A stretch of DNA of 64,000 nt, taken from the NCBI GenBank assembly GCA_965644495.1, contig CBFFSA010000008.1, positions 496,001 to 560,000 on the forward strand, in the 5' to 3' direction. Position numbers and translations under genes: made by a program. Positions within the stretch are counted from its first letter, which is position 1; each line of letters starts with the position of its first letter. This document shows positions 31,104-42,531 of the stretch, one piece after another. The notes under the pieces were generated by a model. The model worked only from the letters and a program-made list of their open reading frames with translations. It was not told where the DNA came from and did not search any database. Source of the stretch: Perkinsela sp. CCAP 1560/9. Its lineage: Eukaryota > Protista > Euglenozoa: Kinetoplastea.

Positions 31104-34100
31104 TCATGAGGAGCGACGAAAGACTTGTCCATTAAGAAGATAATACATTTCTACAAGTCTCGCTTTGTTCACAGTATAGCTCTGCATCGATTTACCCGAC
31201 AGTTTGTTACCTAAACAGATCGGCTCATCGTTTAGACTTTCTAATTCCACGGTCTCAAGCGTACTAGAGCCGTCTACACATTTTTCAATGCCGGGTAACG
31301 CATCGGTTATAGCCGTGAGAAGTGACCTTTCCAAACTAATTTCCGCGCGTACGTACGCTTCTAAGATGAGGTTCATATCACTTTCATTCAAGGTGCGAAA
31401 CAAACCTGCAATTTTTGCGCTCATGGAAGCGAAATAGAATTTCGGAACAAATCCTAGTTCCTGAAAAATTCTTATGGAGAAAATAACTTGAGATGCCTCA
31501 AGCTCCATACGGAGTGTTGTAAGTCGCATCGCCATTGCACTAAAGAGCGTAATGCTCCAGAAAAAGTGTCGAATGTCACTGTAAAGAAATAATAACTTTG
31601 AAGTTTGTGATGCGTTGCATCGGGTCACTACCTTGCATACGGTTTCCTGCAGCTCGAAAAACCATGTCTCAGCATGCGGTATCTTTAACTCATGTATACT
31701 GGACAATACGTTACATAATGTATCAGGAACAAGTTGATCTGAAACGTCAAGTACGGATTTCCTCATGGAAGTCCAATCTATAGCTTTTACTATTTTTCTC
31801 ACGTCAATTTCTTTTTCAAAGTTTACCTGTGAGTTCTCAGTGGTACATAAGTAGGAAGCATTGCCATTATCCGGGTCAATAGTGCATTTCGTGAACAAGA
31901 GCAAGTTTTCAAAAAAGTCAGTGATGGCTTGAAGCCCCATGTCCCTTGTATTTACGCACGACAATCGCCTTAATAGTGGTTCTAGGATACCGACATCCTT
32001 TATTCCAGAAAGCAAGCATGATTTGAAAAAAATAGAGGCACTTTGGGCAGGTATATTCTCGCATGATTCAGAAGCCACTCTTGCAACAACAGTCGCTATA
32101 TTCCTGAAGCTTTTCAATCCGTCAAAATCTTGCTTTTCCGCAATTTGGTTAGGATGAGAACTATGACACACACGTGCGCGCACTGCTTTACATGTCTGAT
32201 CAATAATTTGCCCTGAAAAGGATACAGCAAGAAGTTGCTTTGCAAGCGACATCTGCGCGCCGTGTGCTAATATTTGTTCTGAAATAATTAAGACATTTCT
32301 GGTGGGGTATCCTTTCATTCTTGACAATAAGCCTAGAATGAGAGCCCCTCCATCAGGAGATAATTGATGCGGCATCAGCGCATTCATGCGGCGGGAAATT
32401 TGTAATAGCAGATCTGGGTAAGGTTTATGACTGGACTTCAAAACAAAGAAAAGTATAGCGATGTCGAACCCCGAAGCCTCTTTGACACCAAGGAGTATAG
32501 CTTTAGAAAGTGTAGCGGAATATTGACCCAAAAAGTCAGTGCCTAAACGGCTGAAGCCGTATAGAATTCCAATTATTTCGGACCACTGCATGGAAGAGCA
32601 CAGGACCTGAGTTCGGCGCATTAGTGACGGTATTATGTTCGAAAGACGAATTTTGGCCTTGAACAAAGATCTTGATATTACTCCTGCGGTCTCAATACTG
32701 TTCACACTGGGGGACCAAAACATGCTTTCGTCTGAATTAGTCGGCAATTCTGAGGCAAGAATAATCACATCCAAACATTGTATTACGTGTTTAGCGCTCA
32801 TGTAAGCCACATAACGGTGCACGTGTGGTAGAATTCTTCCTACAGACGTTACAATAGCTTGAGCATGCCTTGTGCCGATGGTTGCTCCTGTAATTAAAGC
32901 GCGCAAGAAACAAACGGCATGCTGAGCAATATCGATATTGGACGGAAAATCGATTATGATAGCCGTTACCGCTAATACAAATGAATTCACCTCCATTGCG
33001 AATTTGGCGTCCTCATTAATCAAACTCGAAGACAACAAATTAAGCTTTGTAACCTCAGTCGACTGAGACTTTGTAACATCTTTCGTCGTAGGCCTGCGAC
33101 ACAAAAGTATGCCGCTGGTCAAAACAGTGTCAATAATTTTGTCCAGAGTAGGAGTTAGTCTACCCAATTGATCCGATGTATAGAATCGAATATGTTCTAT
33201 GGCCTTCCTTAACAGAATAGGATAAGCAGAATTCATGTCCTCACCTTCTGCTTTACAATCGTCACCTGAATAAACCATTCTTTCTCTTTCTAAGCTGAGC
33301 ATACTGTGTGTTGTAGGGATCTTAACAAATTCTAGTATCTGACACAACATATCAGCATCATGGAATCCCAATCCCTGTGATGTGGTTAAGTCCTCAACGC
33401 GGCGAACACAAGCCTTAAATAGCGAAATGGGTATCCTTCGAGTGTATGTGCATTGCAAAAAGTTTTCGCTTTTCACTTGACATTGTTCGGAAACTTGCAA
33501 AGATGCTTCCGGACCATTATGTGTATTCCACTCATGCATAATATTTCGCAGCTGTACAGAAGATGCATTATAAACCGCGTAAAGCATTCTTTCTAATACG
33601 GGTTCATTCAACTGTGTTTTGTTGTCGTTCATGAACAAACTGGATAGTTCAAATGGCAAAATGCGTTTCATGGGGCCCACAAGGAGTTCCATGTCGCTGG
33701 CGGATATAAGAGAGTCAGCTTGAAGAAGTGAATGCGTACCCTTTTCCATATCACTAAATTGCAAGCACTTGGTTAATCTTTCGAAAACAAGCTTCTTGGC
33801 GGTTTCATCCCACTCCCCACGTGTGAAACTGACAAGAGAAATAATTTTAAGCAAAGTTGAAAGATCATCTGGCAACTTATGAACCATACTGTTGATAAGA
33901 ATGCGTAATAGTCTTTTGTCTGCTATCCCACAGGATAAATATCCAGTCATGACGGTCAAATGAACTTGCGGTGTAAATTCAGTTGGCCAAAGAGCACATA
34001 AATGCGGAAATATTTTCAGACATGGGATGTCTATATTAGATTTTGCTGACTTGCCTAAATACTTTAGAACTTCAGGATACCATATAGCTGGAATTAAGTT

Positions 34101-34814
34101 TCGCAGAACCTCTTCAGATGCAGGCAAAATGCATTCCGAAGCAACTCCAAAGATCACTTGCAATAACAAAAGCAAATACGGCTCACTAACTTTTGTCCTT
34201 CCCCACTGCTTCGAAATTCGTCCAATAAGTTCAATCGCAGTTGATTCCACTGTGGAACCTCCTCGTACTAGAAAAATATAACTTAACCACAGAAGTGTTC
34301 CCTGTACTTCAAGTTCGGGAGTCTGTTTTGCCTTTCCAAGCCAAACAGAGAAATACTCTAAAAACGCATTTGAGAGTTCACCCCTAGTGGAGAGAACAGT
34401 TTCCAGAATCAATAAAAACATAAACATCGATGAATTATTTTTCAATGCAAAGTCCAGTGTGTTAGATGTGATTCCAAAAGCGAGTTTATCAATGTCTATC
34501 TCCTCCATAATCAAAGGAAAAGCTTCAAGTGCTTTCTTGAGAAGTGCTTCCCCTTTTTCTTGTGTATCAAGACAGTGCTTGCGAGCACTGTTGTATGATA
34601 TGGGCATGCGTATGGGTTCATGCAACTTTTGTAAACCTTCTACAAAAAATGATATATCGGCGCCTGAATCAGCCATGCAGGGCAAGAGTGTTGCCTGCGC
34701 TGCCCGCAGCGAAACAAACCTATGAGACAATAAAAGTGCAATCGAAGAATCTGATTTTGCTCTCATGACTCCGATCATTCTCCTCATTTGCAGACAGAAA
34801 TGAAAGGTCACCAT
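31104..34814 (-). CDS. Large helical-repeat protein, possibly a mitochondrial RNA-binding protein
   Basis: ORF of about 1236 aa, Leu/Ile-rich helical repeats toward the C-terminus, presequence-like MRRMIG at 34787; function is inference. Confidence 0.7.
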   Translation of the reverse strand: MVTFHFCLQMRRMIGVMRAKSDSSIALLLSHRFVSLRAAQATLLPCMADSGADISFFVEGLQKLHEPIRMPISYNSARKHCLDTQEKGEALLKKALEAFPLIMEEIDIDKLAFGITSNTLDFALKNNSSMFMFLLILETVLSTRGELSNAFLEYFSVWLGKAKQTPELEVQGTLLWLSYIFLVRGGSTVESTAIELIGRISKQWGRTKVSEPYLLLLLQVIFGVASECILPASEEVLRNLIPAIWYPEVLKYLGKSAKSNIDIPCLKIFPHLCALWPTEFTPQVHLTVMTGYLSCGIADKRLLRILINSMVHKLPDDLSTLLKIISLVSFTRGEWDETAKKLVFERLTKCLQFSDMEKGTHSLLQADSLISASDMELLVGPMKRILPFELSSLFMNDNKTQLNEPVLERMLYAVYNASSVQLRNIMHEWNTHNGPEASLQVSEQCQVKSENFLQCTYTRRIPISLFKACVRRVEDLTTSQGLGFHDADMLCQILEFVKIPTTHSMLSLERERMVYSGDDCKAEGEDMNSAYPILLRKAIEHIRFYTSDQLGRLTPTLDKIIDTVLTSGILLCRRPTTKDVTKSQSTEVTKLNLLSSSLINEDAKFAMEVNSFVLAVTAIIIDFPSNIDIAQHAVCFLRALITGATIGTRHAQAIVTSVGRILPHVHRYVAYMSAKHVIQCLDVIILASELPTNSDESMFWSPSVNSIETAGVISRSLFKAKIRLSNIIPSLMRRTQVLCSSMQWSEIIGILYGFSRLGTDFLGQYSATLSKAILLGVKEASGFDIAILFFVLKSSHKPYPDLLLQISRRMNALMPHQLSPDGGALILGLLSRMKGYPTRNVLIISEQILAHGAQMSLAKQLLAVSFSGQIIDQTCKAVRARVCHSSHPNQIAEKQDFDGLKSFRNIATVVARVASESCENIPAQSASIFFKSCLLSGIKDVGILEPLLRRLSCVNTRDMGLQAITDFFENLLLFTKCTIDPDNGNASYLCTTENSQVNFEKEIDVRKIVKAIDWTSMRKSVLDVSDQLVPDTLCNVLSSIHELKIPHAETWFFELQETVCKVVTRCNASQTSKLLFLYSDIRHFFWSITLFSAMAMRLTTLRMELEASQVIFSIRIFQELGFVPKFYFASMSAKIAGLFRTLNESDMNLILEAYVRAEISLERSLLTAITDALPGIEKCVDGSSTLETVELESLNDEPICLGNKLSGKSMQSYTVNKARLVEMYYLLNGQVFRRSS

Positions 34815-35201
34815 CAAAACTTCACCGAACGTCAGACTTAAAAGTCGATACGGACATTCCCCTTACAAAATATTTCCGTCATGCTTCGCGCCTTGCTGAT
34901 CATTAACCGCGTCAAAACTAATCGTAATGAGTTATGATCCAAAAATAAAAAATAAAAGCTTTTGATCTCTATAAACCCGATCTCTATAAATGCGATGCTC
35001 TACAAAAAATACCTTTGATGCGCCCCTAACATCAGCGCACTTAAATTAGTGTAGAACGGCAGTTTAACAAACCCCGCCATTCGAACTAGAATTGAAAGCA
35101 ATAAATAAGCGGATCCTAGCAAGTTAAAATGACAGATTCTTATGACACGGCAAGCAAAATGTCATCAATGGGTGATCTGAACACGCTTGCACATAAAGCA
35201 A

Positions 35202-37988
35202 TTAACACCTTTCAAAGACTTTGTACAGACTTTCCGTGGTTGCAATTCTCTGAATGATGAACGGCGTGCCATGTTCCAGTAATTTGTCGTCTGCGGCGGG
35301 GTTAAGTGATTGAAGTGGAAGCAATAGAGCTCCTGGAGGAGTGTAGCGACTCTTTCGAACCATACATAAAAATTCGTGTTGTAAGAATGAGTTCGAAACT
35401 TCTCTAAACTTTTGATAAGTTGGAAGATGACTTCCACAGGCTTTGCGACGATCACTTTCGGTACTCTCTTTCTCTCCAGCTAACCACAACGAGAGTGTCG
35501 TTATTCGAAACAGGCGTGCTAGACAGTTCGCAATGCACATAAAACATTCTGTTTCGTCAGGACTCTTTAATGCTAAAACTAAATTCTGAAGAAAAGCTGG
35601 AATGCACCCGGTATCCGGCCGGTAGGATTTGCATCCCAAAAGTAATGGTAAGCCAATCAATTGCGCACCATTTTCAGAAAATACGATGCCAAAATAGGAG
35701 GCGAGCATCTTCAAATGACATGAAAATGTTTCACAGCTCTCAGCTATAGCTTGCTCTTTGCACGAACTCACAGTTTTAGCGCCCTTTCTCAAAATTTCTG
35801 GTACGTCTAGCTCGAGGTTGATGCGCGGCCACCTACTCCAATAGATAAACACATGCTGAAAAGCAACGGATTCCGACAATGCGCTAACGTCTAAAAGGTA
35901 CAGTGATGTCTTGTATTGAAGAAATGCATAACACGCTGTTAGATGTAGGCTGGCGAGATTTTCAAATCCGACATCGTGCGTGCCACTTTGTCGAGAATTT
36001 TGTTCCAAACTATGTACAAATGCAGGTGAAAGTGAACCAACGAAAGAGCTGTTTCGCAAAATTTCATTTAGGACTGGACTCTTATCATCCTCAAATTTTT
36101 GTATAGCGTCTCGTACGCTAGTGAGAATGCTAGAGGGGTTCGATTGAATACTCCTGGGAAGAACGACGCGCTCTGTCCTTTTGCCCTTATGCTCTTCTTT
36201 AATCACAAGGTTATTTTCAGTATTTTTTGTGCTTGTAGGTGCGTCAGATTTGCTAGTAAGTGATTGCACGTGTGCGTCGTACTTAAATGAGCGATTCTGA
36301 AAGGCCAGAGGGACCTTTCCGGCTTCTGGTTCCTCGTCATCCCAATCATGCGGTACTTCTAGTTCATGAGGATTCATAGTATCGCTTTCGGATTCTGAAG
36401 CCTTAACTGTGTCCACTAATTTCGTAGCCTGACTTTCGGTAATATCGCCGTTTTTCGACTTGTCATTGGTTTTCTGCAAATATTTTTCTATTTCTCCTCT
36501 TTGAGCGATAGATCGATCAACATGGTGAGGAGCAAGAACTGATTTAGCTGTCGTCACCACGTCCGCGCTCTGCCTTCTCTCAGAATACAGGTTCTCACGC
36601 TCTTTGGGATGTAAATACTGCGGCTCCTTTGCGACCGTCTCAGGTTTTATATAAACTCGACTCGTATCTGGATCATTACAAACCTGTTCTGCGACCTCAC
36701 ATTCTTTGGCTTCGTCGTTCCGCGAATCGTTCGCACTACGCAAATCGATCTGCCTTGGTAAAGCTGCCTCACCAGAGATTTGACAATTCAAGGGATTAAT
36801 GTCCTTTCGTTTTTCTGTTGACGCAATAACGGTTTCAACTATAGTATCGTAAATAACTTGAAGAACCGTGTCTTCAAATAAAAACTGAACCTTCTGTTTC
36901 GTGGGATGAACATTCACATCTAAATAGTCGGGACGTATTCTCAGACAGAGGTACACGAACGGACGACACTTTCTGGGCAGTGTTCTCATATAGGCCTGCT
37001 CACAGCATCTACGTAAACAGGGAACTTGTACCCATCTACCATTGATAAAAAATATGAACGTCGCCCTCCGAGTCGTGTAAAACGGTCCCGACACAAGTCC
37101 TGTAAAGTGCATAATTTGGTCAGGCTCTAAATTTTCGTCTATTTCGTTCACTCCATTTTCTATATTCTCCGACTGAGTAGAGCGCTGTGCTGATATCTCT
37201 TTCTCGTTATCCCTTCCGGATATTGCAAGAATTTCATCCGCGAGTGTTCCTCCGTAAATATGTCGCAACACAAGCGCGGAAGTTTTCAGGCTTGCAGGAA
37301 CATGAAGATCGACGTGACGAGAGCAATCACCGGACCCCAGCGTAAACCCTTTCCCCGGATTCTGCAGCGCATACCGCTGTACAAGCTCTATCATTTTTGT
37401 AATCTCTTCTATCGTTCGAGAAAACGCACCCCTTCGTGTGGGGTAGTTATAAAACAGGTTTTCAATAATAAAAATAGTCCCGGAGCGGACTTTCTCCTCA
37501 GCAGTCCTGTGAGCCATAGCCGTTGGGGTTTCGCGACATTCGAGTAATTTGCCATCCCGGTACGTGCATGTGTACGCCATCGGACATGCCACTGTGATAG
37601 GTACCCTCTCCGTCCCCATTTGTGTGTCTGTTTTCAGCACCCTGGCATGACGGGTAATCATTGTAACATGGGCCACATAACTCATCGAGGCAATGGCCTC
37701 ACCTCGAAATCCGAATGTGTCCAGTGAGGTCAAGTCCTCCACGCAGCGCAGCTTGGACGTCGCGAACCGCTCCGCGACCAACGGAAAATCGTCCTTCGGT
37801 ATTCCGCATCCATTGTCGATCACTTTCAACATTTGCAGTCCCCCATCTCGGTACTGTATTGTGATCTGCGTCGCTCCCGCATCCAGTAAGTTTTCCAACA
37901 GTTCCTTTAGTGCAGCGCTGGGGGATTGGACCACTTCTCCTGCTGCAATACGATTGATAACGTCTTCAGGTAATTTCAGAATTGTCAT
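35202..37988 (-). CDS. MLH1: DNA mismatch repair protein MLH1
   Basis: NRIAAGEVV, ENLLDAGAT, DNGCGI, TFGFRGEA, DVNVHPTK and diagnostic C-terminal LYKVFERC. Confidence 0.97.
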   Translation of the reverse strand: MTILKLPEDVINRIAAGEVVQSPSAALKELLENLLDAGATQITIQYRDGGLQMLKVIDNGCGIPKDDFPLVAERFATSKLRCVEDLTSLDTFGFRGEAIASMSYVAHVTMITRHARVLKTDTQMGTERVPITVACPMAYTCTYRDGKLLECRETPTAMAHRTAEEKVRSGTIFIIENLFYNYPTRRGAFSRTIEEITKMIELVQRYALQNPGKGFTLGSGDCSRHVDLHVPASLKTSALVLRHIYGGTLADEILAISGRDNEKEISAQRSTQSENIENGVNEIDENLEPDQIMHFTGLVSGPFYTTRRATFIFFINGRWVQVPCLRRCCEQAYMRTLPRKCRPFVYLCLRIRPDYLDVNVHPTKQKVQFLFEDTVLQVIYDTIVETVIASTEKRKDINPLNCQISGEAALPRQIDLRSANDSRNDEAKECEVAEQVCNDPDTSRVYIKPETVAKEPQYLHPKERENLYSERRQSADVVTTAKSVLAPHHVDRSIAQRGEIEKYLQKTNDKSKNGDITESQATKLVDTVKASESESDTMNPHELEVPHDWDDEEPEAGKVPLAFQNRSFKYDAHVQSLTSKSDAPTSTKNTENNLVIKEEHKGKRTERVVLPRSIQSNPSSILTSVRDAIQKFEDDKSPVLNEILRNSSFVGSLSPAFVHSLEQNSRQSGTHDVGFENLASLHLTACYAFLQYKTSLYLLDVSALSESVAFQHVFIYWSRWPRINLELDVPEILRKGAKTVSSCKEQAIAESCETFSCHLKMLASYFGIVFSENGAQLIGLPLLLGCKSYRPDTGCIPAFLQNLVLALKSPDETECFMCIANCLARLFRITTLSLWLAGEKESTESDRRKACGSHLPTYQKFREVSNSFLQHEFLCMVRKSRYTPPGALLLPLQSLNPAADDKLLEHGTPFIIQRIATTESLYKVFERC

Positions 37989-38645
37989 GGCCTCAATGGG
38001 TGCACGAGCTTCAAGTGTTCATGTCGATATTAACGAGGATTAGCAAATACAGAAAAATAGCAAATACGGAATGTAATTGAAAAAATGTAATTGAAAGAAT
38101 GTAATTAAGCTCGAAAGAAGCTGTACGTAATGAAGCTCACAAGCTGATTAAATTTAAATAGGTTACGTAGATTTACAAGGTAATTTGAGTAGTTCGTGAC
38201 AATTGTTCAACACTATACAAAATATTTGCTCATGTAACGTAATACATGTATATCGACATTTGATTGGTATTTCTTTTAAAAAAGTAAGTCTCGATCCAAA
38301 GTCACCCCGATTGAAGAATCCCGTCTCCTTGAATTTGGGAAAACTCGACGAATAGGGATAGCGTCTGTTCACCTGGTCTATCTATGCGTTTGTACTGAAG
38401 CCCATAAATGTGCACATGTAAACTTGAACTAATGCTCTTTGCTACTCGGACTAGTTTCACTACTTTATAATTTTGTAACTGTAACTGACGGCTTCATCAG
38501 GCGAACTGTCGTTTGGGTCAGAAGAATATGTAAGTCGAATTCAAGAAATAGGTTCGGCGAAACCGTATCTCTTCGATGCGTTTCATTCCAAAGCAATAAA
38601 TCGTAATGCTCGTTATTAAACTTTTTTACATTGTTTCCATCCAAA

Positions 38646-39371
38646 TTACCGAATGGTGGGATCATCTGAGTCAACTACATTATCGTCTATTTGTCTTAAA
38701 TCATAAAGGGCCATAATGGGAAGCTTTGACAATTGAGCTTCAAGACACTTCTTTTTGTTCTCTTCCACGTTCCTCCTGTCACTTCCCCTGTCGACAACAT
38801 AAAGCGCACCTTTCAGCTGTATATTTTCCTTTTGCAACGCTTTCACGCCTTCCACAAGACTACTCCCCGTGGAGTTCACATCATCCAACCAGATCGCCTT
38901 TTGCTCTCCAGGAGCCGAATCCATGGAACCTTCCAACAGGCGTTGCGTGCCTGTTTTCTTAGCCTGCTTGCGCATATAAAGCAACTTTGCATTCTGAAGG
39001 TACGGGGATGAATTTATCAAGGCGTTCAAATGTAACGTTGCGGCCAGTTGGCTCACTAGAATGCCCCCGACGGTTTCCATGCCTACAATATAAAATGTTT
39101 CATTTGGTTTGATCTCACTCGCTGCACATATCCTAGGTAGGGCCTCGAGTAGCAAGTGAGATACCCTCGGGGCTACGTGGGGACAGAGTAGAGTGGAGGA
39201 CAAATTGAGAAGGTAGGGGAGTGTGAGTCCAGCGGTTGTGATGAAAGGCCCTGTGGTAACGCGCTCGGCTATGCGCCGCAAGACCCACTCGTAATCCTCC
39301 GATGTTGGGTTGTTGCTCGATAAGGAGGAGAGAATTTCGACACTGAGGTACGTTTCCGGGTGTTCATTCAT
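38646..39371 (-). CDS. Stand-alone orotate phosphoribosyltransferase-like type I PRTase
   Basis: GPFITTAG, VGMETVGG, RKQAKKTGTQRLLEG flexible loop, WLDDVNSTGSS PRPP motif, VVDR; ATG at 39371. Confidence 0.8.
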   Translation of the reverse strand: MNEHPETYLSVEILSSLSSNNPTSEDYEWVLRRIAERVTTGPFITTAGLTLPYLLNLSSTLLCPHVAPRVSHLLLEALPRICAASEIKPNETFYIVGMETVGGILVSQLAATLHLNALINSSPYLQNAKLLYMRKQAKKTGTQRLLEGSMDSAPGEQKAIWLDDVNSTGSSLVEGVKALQKENIQLKGALYVVDRGSDRRNVEENKKKCLEAQLSKLPIMALYDLRQIDDNVVDSDDPTIR

Positions 39372-39559
39372 GCTTGTAGAATGCTGCGAATTCGTGCGGA
39401 GCCTAAAAAGATCAAATCGTTGGTTTTCAGAACCAAACTGTCTAAAAAATAGACAAAGCAATACGATGGATTGATATTGCGGTGTTTGTATAACTACCGC
39501 TCTACCCTCGATTATTGAAAAAAAAGTGAACAAAAACAGTGAAAATATAAAGAGGAACA

Positions 39560-40040
39560 CAGTAATATAATAGAAGAAAAAAAAAAGGGGGCCCCGGTGG
39601 TCCAAAGCTGAAAAAAAAATTCAAAAAAATGGGGGGTCCATGGGGGTGGAGGGCGTATGTCGCGAATTTTTTTTCGAATTTTTTGCTTTTCGAAATCGAG
39701 CGTAGGGAAGTGGTAGAGTATACCGCGGCGATAATTTTCCACCCCCCCCCTGGTACGCGCGGGAGGGGTCCGACAAGGTCAAAAATTCCGAAATTTTTGG
39801 GGTGACCAAAAAAAAGTCTTTTTAGACCCAAAAAAAAGTAAAAATCTTATTTTTCCAAAATCGACTCCTAAAACGTGTTTTAGGAGTTTGGGACCTCAGC
39901 TACCATTCTGCGACTTTTTTTGAGTCAGATTCGCCTCCTACCCCTACTGGTAAGGCATCCAAAACGTCCCAAATTTGGGTTAAAATTTCACATTTTTTGG
40001 CGAAAAATCGAGGTTTTTACCCCCAAAAAATAGATTATTC
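39560..40040. mobile_element. Dispersed repeat remnant with A/T tracts
   Basis: 39943-40010 matches the reverse complement of 61284-61350; 39848-39896 resembles 62205-62254. Confidence 0.6.
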
Positions 40041-40058
40041 ATGATCTTTTCGCGATTT

Positions 40059-40173
40059 TTCTTTTTTAGGCTCTTCGTTAAACGCGGCGGTAGTTTTCAA
40101 CGCGAAGCGCGCAGCATGTGTGACTTCTAAGTTGAAAACAACCACCGCGTTTACCGAAGAGCCTAAAAAAGAA
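40059..40173. repeat. Foldback element with 43-bp arms
   Basis: TTCTTTTTTAGGCTCTTCGTTAAACGCGGCGGTAGTTTTCAAC and its inverse with 3 mismatches; GCGAAGC in the spacer. Confidence 0.85.
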
Positions 40174-40398
40174 TAGATGGGTAGCGGAACTTACATATTA
40201 GTGTATAGTAACGCACATCACAGTGCATATTACATATTACAGTGCATATTACATATAAAACGTACTGAAAATATTAAAATATTCGTTAGTCCGAAAATGC
40301 TTCACAGGGAAACATCTGAGTCTCCGCAGGGGAAACGCTAAGCAATTATTCGGCGGTAAGAGCGGAAGAACAAAGTAAAAGTGGTTGCAAACTTTTGG

Positions 40399-42318
40399 TT
40401 AGGATTGGAATATGTTTACTTTTTCTTCAATTACTTGAAGGGGAATTTGGAACACTCGCGCTGAGGTCTTGAAACAATTCATTCCCTCATCTAAATTTAT
40501 TTTCGTTGCAATGTTCCCAGGATCCGCACACTGAGCAAATTTTCGTAACATTTTTAATGTTGTGAGGATGAGTTCCTGCTGGTAGGCATACAATTCAGAT
40601 CTCGAAATAGTGCCAGGACTCTGCTCAGTACGCCCCCGTAAAGGCTTTCCGTGAAATCCTGTAAAGGATAGTTTGTTTGATAGACTCCAACTAATATGCA
40701 GAAGCAGCGCTCTTGATATCTCCCATGGGAACCTTGCTATTTGACAGTTGGATTGCGCTTTGGTAGCGTAACTTTCAAACAAGAAATGTAAAAAGTTCGC
40801 CGCACTTACCCACGGCACATCTGATTGAAGCGAAGGCAAGTCAATGTCACGCAGTACGATGATTTCTTTGCACAAAAACTCGGCTGAAGCATAAACCGTC
40901 TGCACCGTATTATGCCAGACACCTAAATAGTGAGCAAGACGAATCAATCTACGAGCCACAACGCGTACTTCAGCCGCGTGGGTTTTGTACACAGTTTCGA
41001 TAATATCCTGAAATCTTTGATAAAGTGCAGAATCGATGCCGCTGTCTGACATGTTGTCTCCAATCCAATTTCTACATCCCCATTGACAAGTGATATCATT
41101 TTCGAACTTTGGGGGAACTGCTTCCGATAAGCGACGAATATCATCCTCTGTATGTAGTTTACCTAGCAATTGGGTAAATAATCGGATTTTATAGTTTTCG
41201 TCAGTGGTCACAACTTCATGAATTCTCTCCGACTTCGTCAAAAGTTCTAGTAGTTCTGGAATATCCATTCCGTGTGGTGCAATAATATTCGTATCATTTT
41301 CTTCTGGAAGATCTGCGTTCGTTTTTGTCAGAACAAAGCCTCGCGCGTCCGTCATTACCTTTAGGTGCGTCTTTCTATAGTCTTCAGCAAGTGTGTCAAC
41401 CTCGTTCTCCGAAAGACGACCTATATTATTGAGATTACAAGCAAGTGAAGTGTCTGCGCTCTCTTCACGGAGGAGGGCAGACGCATCGCTTTCCACGGCA
41501 GATAGAAGGGCTAGCGTGTCGCAAAGCATTTGCCTTCCATACTCTACGCTGCAAAGCGAAGCAATTTCTTTTCGGAGAACACAAACTAAGGACTTTCGCT
41601 TCGTGTCAGAAAGTGCATCTATTTTGATAGCTTTAAGGTAGGAGAGCATAATGTGGTAGGGCAGTGATTCCAACGGAGCACAGGTTTCTAAAGACTTTTC
41701 TTGATCTAAGGCATCTTCCATTTCTTTGGCCGCTTGCAACAGTTTTCCCAACTCATTGACTTCAAGCTGAATCAGACGCATGTACAATTCCTGGCATTCG
41801 GGTGCAAAACGTAAGGCTCTTTGTATCGTTTGTCGTATGTGTTGTGCCTCAAATGTAACTTTGCCTTGTAAAGATAAAGCTAAGGACCATAAGGCCGCGC
41901 AAGTTGGGTCGCGAGCGATCTCTTGTGCCAAAATTCTGGACAAGCGTCTGTGCCTCTTCGTGCGCAAAAGGTAGTTGCCATAGGCATGAAGGACATCTAG
42001 TTTTTTGCTTCGAAATTTCCCGAGACACTTCATATACAAGTGATCAATACATTGCCAGACGTACTGTCTCCACTTTTTCGGGATTCTCGTCCCAAGCTTT
42101 CGACTTTTCCGCCTTACTTTTTTGTCTAAACGCTCTTCCAACTCAATAGCACCCTTAAAGTCTCGCAGTAATGGCTTTTGACTCAGTCTGTAAGCGAATT
42201 CAGTGCGTTCCTCTATGATTCTCGATGCTTCATTCTTGCTCAAAAGCTTTGCAGTGATGTAGTATTCGATAGATGGTAGACTACTCTCAAGGCGGAATCT
42301 GATGCTTTCGTTTGACAT
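40399..42318 (-). CDS. UTP6: U3 snoRNA-associated protein UTP6-like (HAT repeats)
   Basis: N-terminal RLESSLPSIEYY...LLSKNEASRIIEERTEFAYRL, HAT repeats (DPTCAALW, QRALRFAPECQELY). Confidence 0.75.
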   Translation of the reverse strand: MSNESIRFRLESSLPSIEYYITAKLLSKNEASRIIEERTEFAYRLSQKPLLRDFKGAIELEERLDKKVRRKSRKLGTRIPKKWRQYVWQCIDHLYMKCLGKFRSKKLDVLHAYGNYLLRTKRHRRLSRILAQEIARDPTCAALWSLALSLQGKVTFEAQHIRQTIQRALRFAPECQELYMRLIQLEVNELGKLLQAAKEMEDALDQEKSLETCAPLESLPYHIMLSYLKAIKIDALSDTKRKSLVCVLRKEIASLCSVEYGRQMLCDTLALLSAVESDASALLREESADTSLACNLNNIGRLSENEVDTLAEDYRKTHLKVMTDARGFVLTKTNADLPEENDTNIIAPHGMDIPELLELLTKSERIHEVVTTDENYKIRLFTQLLGKLHTEDDIRRLSEAVPPKFENDITCQWGCRNWIGDNMSDSGIDSALYQRFQDIIETVYKTHAAEVRVVARRLIRLAHYLGVWHNTVQTVYASAEFLCKEIIVLRDIDLPSLQSDVPWVSAANFLHFLFESYATKAQSNCQIARFPWEISRALLLHISWSLSNKLSFTGFHGKPLRGRTEQSPGTISRSELYAYQQELILTTLKMLRKFAQCADPGNIATKINLDEGMNCFKTSARVFQIPLQVIEEKVNIFQS

Positions 42319-42531
42319 CCCATACAATCAGTAAAAAAGAAATACAACGTAAAAAAATCCCTTTGTTCTAAGTAAAACCAGTCCTAAGTTCTAAAGTCCT
42401 GAGTTAAACCAGTCCCCCAGGTCTAAATGAAACGTTAGAATAGAGAGAACAACAATTCTTTCCGATCTCTATCAAGACGAATTCACAGTGTACCAATCTC
42501 TTTGTGGGATCCATAGTGTCTAATCACATCC

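Noticed and set aside
39372-39605. Hydrophobic N-terminal extension of the OPRT ORF
   Set aside because: Non-ATG start translated from T-rich repeat/UTR sequence; ATG 39371 is more plausible
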